This document shows positions 37,063 to 47,319 of a stretch of DNA of 64,000 nucleotides, in pieces. The stretch comes from an uncultured Candidatus Saccharibacteria bacterium. Its GTDB lineage: Bacteria; Patescibacteriota; Saccharimonadia; Saccharimonadales; AWTP1-31. A model generated the notes under the pieces. That model saw only the letters and a list, made by a program, of their open reading frames with translations. It was not told the DNA's origin and made no database searches. Position 1 is the stretch's first letter. Every line of letters begins with the position of its first letter. The position numbers were made by a program, and so were the translations under genes. The stretch covers positions 253,226 to 317,225 of the forward strand of contig CAZVTA010000001.1 of assembly GCA_964629815.1 (NCBI GenBank), in the 5' to 3' direction.

Positions 37063-37467
37063 CTACTTATTTGTAAATTTCTTGAGGCTATCTACAGCCT
37101 TGGTAGCATCTTTTATAGCACGGTCAAGATCCTTATCATCAGCACCACCCTCGTGAATGGCGCTGAGCATCTCTTTTACCTTAGTCTTAGATGCATCCGC
37201 CTTTTTCAAAGATGCCTGAACTTCCTTTTTTGCTTTAGTTCCTAGCTTTTTTGTTTCTTTATTTACTGTAGCTATAAGCGTCGTAAGTTCTGAGTGGAGT
37301 CGCTTCAACTTCGTTTCAGCTTCTTTCTTCACTCGCACTGCTGTTTTTTTTACATCTTGTCGTGTTTCTTTACCACTTTTTGGCGCCGTTAGTATTCCGG
37401 CAACATACCCTACTGCACCAGCAAGTAAAGCACCTACTGCTATTTTTTTTCCATCACCTTTTGCCAT
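37063..37467 (-). CDS. YtxH-domain protein (general-stress-like, membrane associated)
   Basis: GALLAGAVGYVAGILTAPKSGKETRQD is the YtxH signature. GGGAG lies 8 nt upstream of ATG 37467. The rest is Lys/Ala/Glu-rich helix. Confidence 0.7.
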   Translation of the reverse strand: MAKGDGKKIAVGALLAGAVGYVAGILTAPKSGKETRQDVKKTAVRVKKEAETKLKRLHSELTTLIATVNKETKKLGTKAKKEVQASLKKADASKTKVKEMLSAIHEGGADDKDLDRAIKDATKAVDSLKKFTNK

Positions 37468-37732
37468 TTCTTCGACTCCCTTTTGCTGTTTTATCTCTAA
37501 ATGATGCAACTACATTTGATAGCAGTTTTGCAATCGCGGCTGGTCCAGATGTGCTTCGAAAGAAGTCGCTAACTGCTTCTGCTTTATCGGCGATACTCTC
37601 CGCTTTTTCAGTTATATGCTTTACGCGATTCATAATTTGTATAACCTTAATAGCAATTACAATAAGCAAAACAAGCAATATGGCAAGTGTTGTCGACAAA
37701 ATTATGACGAGAATTCTCTCTGATGTATCCAT
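37454..37732 (-). CDS. small membrane protein, DUF948-like
   Basis: 92 aa. One N-terminal TM segment followed by an amphipathic helix. The usual genomic partner is YtxH. Confidence 0.55.
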   Translation of the reverse strand: MDTSERILVIILSTTLAILLVLLIVIAIKVIQIMNRVKHITEKAESIADKAEAVSDFFRSTSGPAAIAKLLSNVVASFRDKTAKGSRRNGKR

Positions 37733-37772
37733 GTACTCTGTTTATACCCTGTTTACATCTATTGTGCAATGT

Positions 37773-39233
37773 CTATTGTTGCAGTTCTTTGTCAATAAGC
37801 TTGCGGGCAAGCTCTGGATTTGCAGCACCTTTACTTGCTTTCATAACCTGGCCAACTAAGAACCCATATACCTTTGTCTGGCCTGCCTGGATATCCGATA
37901 CAGCCTGAGGGTTTTCTGATACCACCTGTTTAACTATTTCTGTTAAGACTGTCTCATCTGAAAGCTGTATGAGCCCATGGTCAGATGCAAATTGCTCTAT
38001 ATTATCGGGTAGATCACTACTCGCCAGTAAATCTGTGATAAGCTGTTTGGCATTGGTTGAACTAAGCTTACCTGAAGAAACTAGGCCATGCACCGAAACA
38101 TAGACGCTCTTTCGTTCATCATAGGATAGACACGTTCGCTGTGCGTCTGTATTCATGGGAATTTCTACATTGATTATCCAGTTTGCCACCGCTTTGGCGA
38201 GTTCAAGGTCATGTTCTAGGTCTTGGATTATTGCAAGATATGACAGCGTATCTCGTTCTACATCCGCATGAAGTAATATGTGCATTTGCTGCTCATTAAG
38301 ACCGATAGCAGAAAGTATCTTTCGCCAGTCATCCGGCAATTGGGGCATTGAACCAACGATACGATCAATATAGGCATCGTCCAACACTATCGGTGGCAAA
38401 TCTGGGTCTGGCATGTATCGATAGTCATGCGCCTGTTCTTTACCTCTTTGAGAAACAGTTTTTTGCTTTGATTCGTCCCAGCCGCGTGTTTCTTGAACGA
38501 CTTTCTCACCTTTCTCCAGAAGCTTGGTTTGACGTTCAATTTCATACTGGGCCGCTCGTTCAACAGCCTTAAATGAGTTCAGATTCTTTGTTTCCGTGCG
38601 GGTGCCAAGGTTATCATCATTGCTCACCGACACATTAACATCAAAGCGCATATTTCCATGGTACAGATCGCAATCTGACACACCTGCATATTTCATCAAT
38701 AAATATAGCTCTTCCGCATATGCACGAGCCTCGGCAGCAGAGTGCATTTCAGGCTTGGAGACAATTTCGAGCAGCGGTGTACCAGCACGGTTCAAATCCA
38801 CAAGCGTGTAATCATGCCCAGTTGGGTGTGTATTCTTTCCTGCGTCCGCCTCAAGATGAGCCTCATGTATCCGAACGCTGTGCTGCTTGCCGTTGACAAC
38901 AAAAACAACTCGTCCATCCGTAATTATCGGCATATTAAACTGGGTAATCTGATAGCCCATGGGTAGATCAGGATAAAAATAGTGTTTTCGATCAAATGCG
39001 CTATTCTTCTGCGGCTTCGTTCCAAGCGCATATGCCGCTCGTGTCGCAAACTCAACGGCTTTTTCATTTAAAACTGGTAGCGCACCGGGCAAGCCAAGAC
39101 AGATGTGACTAATAAGGGTATTTGGCGCTGCACGGCGCGCATCATTATCAATCGCAGCAAAAAGTTTTGTTTTTGTCTTAAACTGGACATGGCACTCAAT
39201 ACCAATGGTTGGCATATATTCACTATTTGCCAT
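37773..39233 (-). CDS. gatB: Asp/Glu-tRNA(Asn/Gln) amidotransferase subunit B
   Basis: 486 aa. PTIGIECHVQFKT, the GatB cradle domain, and a YqeY-like C-terminal tail. AGGAG lies 9 nt upstream. Confidence 0.95.
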   Translation of the reverse strand: MANSEYMPTIGIECHVQFKTKTKLFAAIDNDARRAAPNTLISHICLGLPGALPVLNEKAVEFATRAAYALGTKPQKNSAFDRKHYFYPDLPMGYQITQFNMPIITDGRVVFVVNGKQHSVRIHEAHLEADAGKNTHPTGHDYTLVDLNRAGTPLLEIVSKPEMHSAAEARAYAEELYLLMKYAGVSDCDLYHGNMRFDVNVSVSNDDNLGTRTETKNLNSFKAVERAAQYEIERQTKLLEKGEKVVQETRGWDESKQKTVSQRGKEQAHDYRYMPDPDLPPIVLDDAYIDRIVGSMPQLPDDWRKILSAIGLNEQQMHILLHADVERDTLSYLAIIQDLEHDLELAKAVANWIINVEIPMNTDAQRTCLSYDERKSVYVSVHGLVSSGKLSSTNAKQLITDLLASSDLPDNIEQFASDHGLIQLSDETVLTEIVKQVVSENPQAVSDIQAGQTKVYGFLVGQVMKASKGAANPELARKLIDKELQQ

Positions 39234-39576
39234 TTTCTAATACTCCTAAGTCTCGTAGTGCTTGACGAAAACCGATTAACGAACGCTTGACGTCTGCCTC
39301 TCTGAGGCGTTTTACAGAATCATCTCGTAGCTTCTTGGCAAAGTTATGCGCAAACCAGACGGCATCGTTATCGGTAATTTCTTTTTGGGCCGCAACCAGT
39401 CGTTCGCCCATACTTTTTCCTTTGAATCGCTTCTTTTTTAAGATCAGCTCGAGCAATTCGTCGGCTTGAGTAACAGCCTGAGCCCATGTCTCTCTGTTTG
39501 CACAATAACGCTGCAAATCCTTCCACTCCTGCTGATATTTCTCAAGTTTCAATTTTCTCCGCGGTAAGAACCTCAT
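39223..39576 (-). CDS. hypothetical 117-aa helical basic protein embedded between gatA and gatB
   Basis: ATG 39576 overlaps the gatA TGA (ATGA). GAGGAG lies 8 nt upstream, inside gatA. The stop overlaps the first 11 nt of gatB. No family recognised. Confidence 0.65.
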   Translation of the reverse strand: MRFLPRRKLKLEKYQQEWKDLQRYCANRETWAQAVTQADELLELILKKKRFKGKSMGERLVAAQKEITDNDAVWFAHNFAKKLRDDSVKRLREADVKRSLIGFRQALRDLGVLENGK

Positions 39577-40997
39577 ACAAATAACTCCTCTACCGCCTTC
39601 GCTGCACACAGCATTTCACGATCTGCTCGTTGGGGTGCAATAATCTGTAGGCCAATCGGCAGTCCATCGTGCTCACCAACAGGGATGGAAATGGCCGGTG
39701 AACCAACAAGACTCGCGCCAACCGTCATAACATCCGCTAAGTACATCTTAAGAGGGTCGTTTGAGTTCTCGCCAATTTTAAATGCTGTAGTGGGGGCAGT
39801 TGGGCCAATTAAAAAATCTACCGTTAAGAATGCTTTCTCATACTCTTTGATTAGTTTCGTACGTACCGTCTGTGCTTGCTTATAATACGCATCGTAAAAT
39901 CCGCTGCTGAGGACATGAGTACCAATCATAATGCGGCGCTTCGCTTCTTTACCAAAGCCTTGTGTACGCGTTTTTGTATAATGCTCTTCTAAATCGTTTA
40001 CATCATCTGCGCTATAGCCATAGCGCAGCCCGTCGTAACGGCTTAGGTTGCTACTAATCTCTGCTGGAACCACCACATAGTACACTGCGAGCGATAACGG
40101 CAGACTTGGCAGACTGATTGGCACGACCTTACCACCTGCAGCACTAATTTTTTCAGCAGCCCGTTGAACACACCGTCGAACATGAGAATCGACACCATCA
40201 CCCATGTATTCTTCAACAATGCCAAACACCTTACCCTTTAGCGACACGTCTAGTGGCAGCTCATAGCCTAAACTGTCTGCTTGAATAGTTGTTGCATCAA
40301 GCGAATCTTTACCTGACATAATATTTAGAACATATCCAAGATCATCAACCGTACGTGTAAGTATTCCAACTGTATCAGTACTGCTTGCCATTGCAATAAC
40401 GCCTGACCGAGACATCAAACCATAGGTTGGCTTAAACCCAACGCACCCAGAAAAACTTGCAGGTTGTCGGCTCGATCCACCCGTATCGGTCCCGAGCGCA
40501 AATGGCGCTATGCCAAGGACCACAGATACCGCCGAGCCTCCTGATGAACCACCGGCTACTCGTTCACGATCGTGAGGATTGCTCGTTACGCCAAAATCAC
40601 TGTTTTCTGTACTTGCTCCATGTCCAAATGCATCGAGATTTGCTTTTGCAACACAAATCGCTCCCGCAGCTTCTAATTTTTCAATGACCGTTGCTTGATA
40701 CGGCGCCGTAAATCCTTTGAGAATATTACTCGCTGCGGTCGTATCCGATCCAAAAACAAGAAAATTATCTTTTGCTACAAACGGCACGCCAGCAAGTGGT
40801 CCCACGTTCTCTCCAGAAGTTATACGGGCATCAATTTCTTTTGCACGTAGTAAAGCCCGCTCCTTAAGTGTCCATAACACCGCATGATATGGTTGTGCGT
40901 TTTCAATTGCACTCAATGACTTCTGCACCTGAGCCACAGCAGACGTAGTCCCCGCCTGCACATCTTGTGCAATAGTTAGTACAGATGGCCAGCTCAT
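39573..40997 (-). CDS. gatA: Glu-tRNA(Gln) amidotransferase subunit A
   Basis: 474 aa. Amidase signature GGSSGGSA and the catalytic Ser-cisSer-Lys context. Confidence 0.95.
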   Translation of the reverse strand: MSWPSVLTIAQDVQAGTTSAVAQVQKSLSAIENAQPYHAVLWTLKERALLRAKEIDARITSGENVGPLAGVPFVAKDNFLVFGSDTTAASNILKGFTAPYQATVIEKLEAAGAICVAKANLDAFGHGASTENSDFGVTSNPHDRERVAGGSSGGSAVSVVLGIAPFALGTDTGGSSRQPASFSGCVGFKPTYGLMSRSGVIAMASSTDTVGILTRTVDDLGYVLNIMSGKDSLDATTIQADSLGYELPLDVSLKGKVFGIVEEYMGDGVDSHVRRCVQRAAEKISAAGGKVVPISLPSLPLSLAVYYVVVPAEISSNLSRYDGLRYGYSADDVNDLEEHYTKTRTQGFGKEAKRRIMIGTHVLSSGFYDAYYKQAQTVRTKLIKEYEKAFLTVDFLIGPTAPTTAFKIGENSNDPLKMYLADVMTVGASLVGSPAISIPVGEHDGLPIGLQIIAPQRADREMLCAAKAVEELFV

Positions 40998-41287
40998 TCA
41001 ATCACTCGCTTTACTTTTATGTACCGTTCTTCGGTTGCTGGCACATTTTGCAGTAGGTCGTCTGGTGACGCTTGATACGACTTAACCTTGTCAGGACGCA
41101 TTACATTTCGAAGACCTGTTACCTGAGAAGTCATTTCAAGCCCACTAACATCAACCGACTGCAGCTGCTCTATATATTGCAATATTGCATCAAGTTCTTC
41201 AGTGAACTCTTTAACTTCTTTATCCGTTAACGACAGCTTCGCAAGGCGTGCCAATTTTAATACATCGTCGCGTGTAAGTTTTGTCAT
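40994..41287 (-). CDS. gatC: Asp/Glu-tRNA amidotransferase subunit C
   Basis: 97 aa. LTRDDVLKLARLAKLSLTDKEVKEFTEELDAILQYIEQL is typical GatC. There is a 4-nt overlap with gatA. Confidence 0.9.
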   Translation of the reverse strand: MTKLTRDDVLKLARLAKLSLTDKEVKEFTEELDAILQYIEQLQSVDVSGLEMTSQVTGLRNVMRPDKVKSYQASPDDLLQNVPATEERYIKVKRVIE

Positions 41288-41307
41288 TTGCAGATAATTA
41301 TAGAAGA

Positions 41308-42006
41308 TTAGCTCGTAAGAATCCAGCGAATAACCATATCGCGAATTTTTATGTACTCTGCTTCTTCAAACTGCATATTTGCAATACAAAAACGTTTACT
41401 ACTTAAATGTGAACAGAACATACAGTCCTGTAAATCTCGTGCATCATGAATAAAGAATGAATTGGTAATACTATTTGACCACGATACATTAAAGCTATTA
41501 CTGCATTTAGCGCTATCTTCGAGTCGTAAACAAAACATAGAGGCTTGCGACCTTTGACCTGCAACAATATATTCGCAGCCAGCTTGTACGCCATCGCTAA
41601 AAACAATATTTTTAGACTGATTTATGTCTTGGGAGCGAAATACGTTCTCTGAGCTATAAATATTATCGCTTTGTGCAATATTGAGCGAGTCAATTTGTCG
41701 CTCTGTGGTAGTAAAATTAATTTCATTCCATGCCGATAACACTTCTTCGATTGTAGCGAGGGCCTTCTTTGGCCTATTCCAATAGCCGTCTGGCATGGTA
41801 AAGTTTTTTTCGAGTGTCATGAACTTTGTCGGGTTGGTAGACTGTGCCCAGGTAGGCGTATTGTCTATTGAGTCATACACTTGCTGAGGCAAGCGAACAT
41901 CAAACGCAAATTTTTGTTGTACTTGTTCTAGTGTGAATGGATTCTGATAGCCAAATATCTGGCCAATCACTTTGTCGACAATTTCTTTTGCTTGTTGCTC
42001 GTTCAT
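41308..42006 (-). CDS. hypothetical protein with a Cys/Ser/Asn-rich degenerate repeat region in the C-terminal half
   Basis: 232 aa. The ATG overlaps the stop of the upstream ATPase (TAATG). The C-terminal ~120 aa shows roughly 20-residue pseudo-repeats containing 6 Cys. Confidence 0.65.
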   Translation of the reverse strand: MNEQQAKEIVDKVIGQIFGYQNPFTLEQVQQKFAFDVRLPQQVYDSIDNTPTWAQSTNPTKFMTLEKNFTMPDGYWNRPKKALATIEEVLSAWNEINFTTTERQIDSLNIAQSDNIYSSENVFRSQDINQSKNIVFSDGVQAGCEYIVAGQRSQASMFCLRLEDSAKCSNSFNVSWSNSITNSFFIHDARDLQDCMFCSHLSSKRFCIANMQFEEAEYIKIRDMVIRWILTS

Positions 42007-44240
42007 TATTTCTTACCCTTCCCAATCTTTAGTTTCTTGCGGCTCGAAGACTGACTTGCTAGCAGATCCTGCAGGTTCATACCTCTTGACTCTGTGGCAT
42101 TTGATCCCAAAGTCATGTCTGCAGCCACGTGTTGTGCTTGTTGAGCAGGTGGATTATGCACAATTTCAGGATTTCCTTCAAAAGCATGTACAGTTTGCTC
42201 ACCCATTTGTTGCGCTTCAGTAGGTGTTGCAGGCTCTAATATCTCTTTGACAAGCTGATCAGTTGGACTCATAGCGGTTGCAGACATTTCTGTTGGTGTG
42301 GGACCGGGCTCAAGGTGCGGTAGTGCAGGATTCATAACAGGTGATAAATTTGCAGCCGCCTGTTCAACAAATTTATCTGGCAACTGTTGCGGTTGATTGT
42401 ATACTTCAAGATCTTCTACCTTTACATTTGCAGACGGTAAAGCGTCGAGCGTACGCGCTTTGACGCACGGGAGCATCTGCCCATCGCTACTTAAGCGCAA
42501 AAAACACTCACGGGAGTTAAGCGCCGTAAGCATTTGAACGCGCACATCGGACTGTTTTAAGCCCTTTGCCTTTTCTTGCTCGAGTATCTCTTTAGGGATT
42601 TCTATCGTCAGATTACCTTCAAGCGCACGCGCATCTTCTTCGGAAACACGAAATACATAGTAGTTATAAACGTTCGTAAAGATAGCTTCTTGCAATGACT
42701 TCTCGATCTGGCCAAAGTATTGCTGAGTCAGAAATACATAGAGATTGTACTTTCTTGCCTCCGCAAGAATGCTCGCAAGCGCTGGGTTCTGTACAACCGA
42801 TACTTCATCAACAATAAGAATTATCTTTTCATTAAAAGCACGGGCTTGGGCGAGCAAAAATATCTGCTGAATGAGCAAACCAGCGACTGTCTTAACAACC
42901 TTCTCTCCCATACTTACCTTATTGAGTGAAAATACCGTCAAAAAGTTATTGCCAATAATCTTGCCTAACGATGCACCTTCGTCACCAGTCTTTGCGAGAG
43001 ATGGCTGCATCTGCATCTCATCAACAAGAGAGATAATGGGGACAATCGATTCGTTGTAGTATTTTGTACGCAGTTCATTAAAGTCGGCTCCAAAGAACTG
43101 AACGATATTTGCAGGTACATACCCGTCAACATGCTGCAGCAGTTGGTTCCTAAACTCTACATCAGTCACAAAGCGCTTGAGACTATCCAGAGACATTGTT
43201 TGCGCCGTCATTAGTACATATAAACTGAAACGAAGTAATCGTTCGACCTTCGGGTTAAACTGATCGGCTAAAAGGGATTTGAACAGCGTGCCCGTAAGCT
43301 CTGTTGCCGCTGATATATCCGTACCTGCGCCACCAAACAATTCTGTCGCTTGGTCATCGCCTTTGAAATTTATGACAGTTGAGTTTGGTATGCCTGCAAA
43401 ATCCTGTTCAAGTGAGGCATGAGGGTCAATAACAACTATCCGATAATTATTCTGCAGACCACCGGATTTACTCAAACGGTCTACAAATAACGTAATGAGT
43501 TTTGATTTACCGCTACCGCTCGCGCCAATAATAAAAGAGTGTTTGTCAAAATCGTAGGCATTAATTGGCAGGTAGTAGTTTTTAGGCAAGAACGGAAATG
43601 TATCGACCTCAAACACAGCGTTCACATTATCACTTTGCATAATGTGCAGTGCCTTTTGTATGTCGAGATACTTTGGCTGCTTTTTTCGCATGTATTTAGT
43701 ATTGGCAACAAAATCTACCGCTAATAGATGCGCCGGGAGCATAAAAAGGGTCTTTTTCGCGACACTGTGCTGACCAGCCGTATTCTTGAAATACATTTTG
43801 AGGCGAACATGTGCTTTTTCAACGTTCAGTGTCCGGATAGTAAACTCAGCAAATTCAAGCTCTTTTGCACGCTTTACTTGATACTTCTCCTTGAGATCCA
43901 AAATATTACCACCACCAACATACTGAACAAAACGCTCTACGCTTGATGCTTGCGGTAGTTTTACGAGACTATGGTCAATTGGCCGTAACACAACACCGTC
44001 AAGGTTATTCGAAAGAAGTCCAACATCTTTATTGGTACCAACCCAGTATCGCACGGTGCTTTTTTCGATAACAACAATTAATTTCCAGCTATTTAGAAAC
44101 CCTATGTATTGAGACAACCCTAGGACTATTGTCTTCCAGGCAGCAGCATCGAGTTGATCTCTCAACAGATACAATTCGTACCAATGTTCGTACTCAAGCG
44201 TACGATTGTTTTGCATGAGCTTTATTATATACATTTCCAT
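42006..44240 (-). CDS. FtsK/HerA-superfamily P-loop ATPase (VirB4/DUF87-like) with a disordered Pro/Gln-rich, Lys-terminated tail
   Basis: Walker A GASGSGKS, Walker B IILIVDE, and [13 protein letters not shown] (RKYN...TQ, as in VirB4-type ATPases). No TM segment. The true start may be ATG 44216 (MQNNRT), which has TATAAT 7 nt upstream. Confidence 0.8.
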   Translation of the reverse strand: MEMYIIKLMQNNRTLEYEHWYELYLLRDQLDAAAWKTIVLGLSQYIGFLNSWKLIVVIEKSTVRYWVGTNKDVGLLSNNLDGVVLRPIDHSLVKLPQASSVERFVQYVGGGNILDLKEKYQVKRAKELEFAEFTIRTLNVEKAHVRLKMYFKNTAGQHSVAKKTLFMLPAHLLAVDFVANTKYMRKKQPKYLDIQKALHIMQSDNVNAVFEVDTFPFLPKNYYLPINAYDFDKHSFIIGASGSGKSKLITLFVDRLSKSGGLQNNYRIVVIDPHASLEQDFAGIPNSTVINFKGDDQATELFGGAGTDISAATELTGTLFKSLLADQFNPKVERLLRFSLYVLMTAQTMSLDSLKRFVTDVEFRNQLLQHVDGYVPANIVQFFGADFNELRTKYYNESIVPIISLVDEMQMQPSLAKTGDEGASLGKIIGNNFLTVFSLNKVSMGEKVVKTVAGLLIQQIFLLAQARAFNEKIILIVDEVSVVQNPALASILAEARKYNLYVFLTQQYFGQIEKSLQEAIFTNVYNYYVFRVSEEDARALEGNLTIEIPKEILEQEKAKGLKQSDVRVQMLTALNSRECFLRLSSDGQMLPCVKARTLDALPSANVKVEDLEVYNQPQQLPDKFVEQAAANLSPVMNPALPHLEPGPTPTEMSATAMSPTDQLVKEILEPATPTEAQQMGEQTVHAFEGNPEIVHNPPAQQAQHVAADMTLGSNATESRGMNLQDLLASQSSSRKKLKIGKGKK

Positions 44241-44281
44241 TCATGCCGTAAAACTTTACAAGCACGTCAAAGAGGAATAGC

Positions 44282-45358
44282 ATGAGCATTATAGGGATAC
44301 GCATGTCGACTTTAGAAAAATACCCCGAAACCCAAGCAGAAACTCCGGTGCTCGATGTTCCAATGGATATAGTTCTAGACTATAAGACCGATATTGTACG
44401 GCCCGAGACTCATTCTCACTACACCGTACGTACCGATGGCGCAACCATGTCAGACGGGCATAGCTACGCGGTCGTAAAAGGGATACCAAAACACCCAATC
44501 ACCCCACTAACTATTGGCTTTACGTCTGCTTGGTGGACTAGTTCTCGGGGGCATAATCGTAGGACATTAGAGCATTTTACTCGCCTGGGCATTCCGACAA
44601 TATTGATTGGCGCCGAAGGCAGTTATCGACCGAGCGGCCCAAACGGCATCCCCCTACCAAAGGAACCTATCAGCCTCACACGCAGTGCTCATAGTTTTCA
44701 CGAAATCCTAAACATCATTGCAAGCTCAGAAGACCTTTCTACGCAAACAAGCACTAGAGATATGGTAATACTTGGCGAATCTAGAGGTGCAATGATCGCT
44801 AAAGGCATCATTGCAATCGCAAATGGTTATGGAAGAAATGTTGTTTACGCGGATGTGACTGCTCCCTGTTTTCCTGAAGCTTTTCAACCGAAAGATATAT
44901 TAAAACTCATGAAGCAATTGTATGGCGAACGGAATGCACTTGCTACACTAGCAGGCAATCTCACACTGCGCAGACTCGTACACTATCCGGCAACGCTAGA
45001 TTTACACCCAGAAGCTGTATCTGCCAACATACATACGTTTGGCCCCCTATTCAGCGGCGAAGCAGGAGAGCTCGCTAAAGCGATCGACAGCGACTTTCCC
45101 ATGCACATAACAACATTCAGCGACGACTTTGCAAGTATGCCAAAACGGTGGGCCCGTATATATGCAAATCACCCGAATGTACGTATCAAGCAAATTGACG
45201 GAGCACACCTTACGATAGCCCACCCACGAACATTGGAGCATATTGAAGGACGACTTTTGGGTCTATTTAGTGAAGTTGATAAACACGGGCCAGACGCAAG
45301 TAAGATTGATTATTCTCGAGTTCACCTAGACGATGGCGAATCGCCGCCTACATTTTAG
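44282..45358 (+). CDS. alpha/beta-hydrolase-fold protein
   Basis: 358 aa. Nucleophile elbow GESRG and a candidate His in [15 protein letters not shown] lies upstream. Confidence 0.65.
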   Translation: MSIIGIRMSTLEKYPETQAETPVLDVPMDIVLDYKTDIVRPETHSHYTVRTDGATMSDGHSYAVVKGIPKHPITPLTIGFTSAWWTSSRGHNRRTLEHFTRLGIPTILIGAEGSYRPSGPNGIPLPKEPISLTRSAHSFHEILNIIASSEDLSTQTSTRDMVILGESRGAMIAKGIIAIANGYGRNVVYADVTAPCFPEAFQPKDILKLMKQLYGERNALATLAGNLTLRRLVHYPATLDLHPEAVSANIHTFGPLFSGEAGELAKAIDSDFPMHITTFSDDFASMPKRWARIYANHPNVRIKQIDGAHLTIAHPRTLEHIEGRLLGLFSEVDKHGPDASKIDYSRVHLDDGESPPTF

Positions 45359-47312
45359 ATTCGATATCGGCAATAATATCACGAAGTTCTGCAGCCTTTT
45401 CAAACTCAAGGTTAGCGGCAGCAATATCCATTTGTGCTGTGAGATCCTTAACCAAGTGCTTATACTCATCTTTTGGTATCTTTTTAAGGTCAACCTTGGC
45501 CTTCTTAGCCTCCTCGGGCAAGTCTGGTCTGAGACCCTTATCAACGACCTTGGAGACACCTGTGGGAGTGATGCCGTGTTTTGTGTTGTACGCTTCCTGA
45601 ATCGCGCGTCGGCGATTGGTTTCATCGATGGTACGCTGCATACTGCCCGTAATACTATCACCATACATAATGACCCGTCCTGATTCGTGTCGAGCTGCTC
45701 GACCAACCGTCTGAATAAGTGCTTGTTCACTTCTTAAAAACCCTTCTTTATCTGCATCAAGGATCGCAACCAGCGACACTTCAGGCAAGTCCAGTCCCTC
45801 GCGTAACAGATTAATACCTACTACTACGTCGTAGACTCCTAGTCGCAGATCGCGCAGAATATCGGTTCTATCAAGCGTATCGACATCACTATGAAGATAC
45901 GTTACCTTAATTTTCATCTCTTCTAGATATTCAGTCAGATCTTCAGCCATACGCTTAGTCAGCGTCGTTACTAACACGCGCTGACGTTTTTCAATGGTAG
46001 CGCGAATTTCGGCGATCAGATCATCAACCTGCCCTTTTGTTGATCTTACCTCTATGGGTGGGTCAAGCAGTCCTGTTGGACGTATCACCTGCTCTATTGG
46101 CTTGGGACTACGACTTAGCTCATACTGCGCAGGAGTAGCCGACACATACACCACTTGGTTCACATGTTTTTCGAATTCAGTAAATGTTAATGGACGATTA
46201 TCGAGCGCGCTTGGCAACCTAAACCCATGTTCTACAAGCACTTCTTTGCGTGCCCTATCGCCGTTATACATACCTCGAATCTGCGGAATAGTCATATGTG
46301 ACTCGTCGATAAACAATAAGTAATCGTCAGGATAGTAGTCGAGTAGCGTTGCCGGTTGCTCACCAGGCTCTCTGTTGGTAAGGTATCGGCTGTAGTTCTC
46401 TATTCCTTTTACGAAACCTGTTTCTTCGAGCATTTCGAGATCGAACTTGGTACGCTGTTCAAGTCGTTGAGCTTCGAGCAGCTTGCCTTCTGCTCGAAAT
46501 AACGTCAAGCGTTCTTGTAGTTCCTGTGCGATATCGGTTAAAGCAAACTTGAGTTTCTCTTGTGGGGTAACATAGTGCGAGCTTGGAAAGATCTTATGAG
46601 AATCTTTTCGTGCTAAGACCTCACCGGTTAGTGGCTCTATTTGTGTTATCTGCTCAATTTCATCACCAAAAAATTCAACTCTATAAGCTAGCTCTTCGCC
46701 GGCCGGAAAAATATCCACCACATCGCCGCGAACCCGAAAAACACCACGATGAAAATCAATATCATTTCGTTGATATTGTATATCTGTTAGCTGTCGCAAT
46801 AGCTTATCTCGCACCCGACGCTCTCCTACTCGTAGTTCGACTGCCAAACCATCATAATCTTCTACCGAACCGATACCGTATATACAGCTGACACTTGCAA
46901 CAATAATAACGTCTTTGCGGCTCAGCAATGCGTCTGTGGCAGCGTGTCGAAGACGATCTATTTCTTCATTAATTTGGCTATCTTTTTCAATATAGGTGTC
47001 GCTCCGCGCAATATACGCTTCTGGCTGATAGTAATCAAAATAGCTTACAAAGTAATGCACAGCATTTTCCGGGAAAAACTTTTTAAACTCACTGTAGAGC
47101 TGGGCTGCGAGCGTTTTATTGTGGCTTAAAATAAGCGTTGGTTTTTGTATGCGCTCAATAACATTTGCCATGGTAAAGGTCTTTCCTGATCCCGTAACCC
47201 CAAGCAACGTCTGTTCCTTTGTTCGAGACTCAAGACCCTTAACCAATGCCTCAATAGCTTGCGGCTGGTCGCCGCTTGGCTGAAAATCACTTCGAAGAAC
47301 AAACCGACTCAT
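45348..47312 (-). CDS. uvrB: excinuclease ABC subunit B
   Basis: 654 aa. Walker [16 protein letters not shown], helicase motifs, and a C-terminal UVR domain ([10 protein letters not shown]). Confidence 0.95.
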   Translation of the reverse strand: MSRFVLRSDFQPSGDQPQAIEALVKGLESRTKEQTLLGVTGSGKTFTMANVIERIQKPTLILSHNKTLAAQLYSEFKKFFPENAVHYFVSYFDYYQPEAYIARSDTYIEKDSQINEEIDRLRHAATDALLSRKDVIIVASVSCIYGIGSVEDYDGLAVELRVGERRVRDKLLRQLTDIQYQRNDIDFHRGVFRVRGDVVDIFPAGEELAYRVEFFGDEIEQITQIEPLTGEVLARKDSHKIFPSSHYVTPQEKLKFALTDIAQELQERLTLFRAEGKLLEAQRLEQRTKFDLEMLEETGFVKGIENYSRYLTNREPGEQPATLLDYYPDDYLLFIDESHMTIPQIRGMYNGDRARKEVLVEHGFRLPSALDNRPLTFTEFEKHVNQVVYVSATPAQYELSRSPKPIEQVIRPTGLLDPPIEVRSTKGQVDDLIAEIRATIEKRQRVLVTTLTKRMAEDLTEYLEEMKIKVTYLHSDVDTLDRTDILRDLRLGVYDVVVGINLLREGLDLPEVSLVAILDADKEGFLRSEQALIQTVGRAARHESGRVIMYGDSITGSMQRTIDETNRRRAIQEAYNTKHGITPTGVSKVVDKGLRPDLPEEAKKAKVDLKKIPKDEYKHLVKDLTAQMDIAAANLEFEKAAELRDIIADIESKM

Positions 47313-47319
47313 ACAGAGT

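Noticed and set aside
37330-37450. A8/T8 homopolymer runs in ytxH (near 37335 and 37443) and in the 413-aa gene (near 48762) as slipped-strand switches
   Set aside because: Eight-nucleotide runs are short for phase variation. They encode Lys-Lys(-Lys) in Lys-rich proteins, so they are most simply a codon-usage by-product.
39573-39576. Alternative genetic code (UGA read as Gly or Trp, as in some CPR lineages or mycoplasmas)
   Set aside because: TGA terminates gatA, the GDPD gene, DUF948 and others exactly where the homologous proteins end. No conserved gene needs read-through of TGA, so the standard code 11 applies.
45326-45730. 134-aa minus-strand and 116-aa plus-strand ORFs at the uvrB 3' end
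   Set aside because: They are off-frame or antisense to the uvrB C-terminal UVR-domain region, which reads through cleanly in the 654-aa frame.
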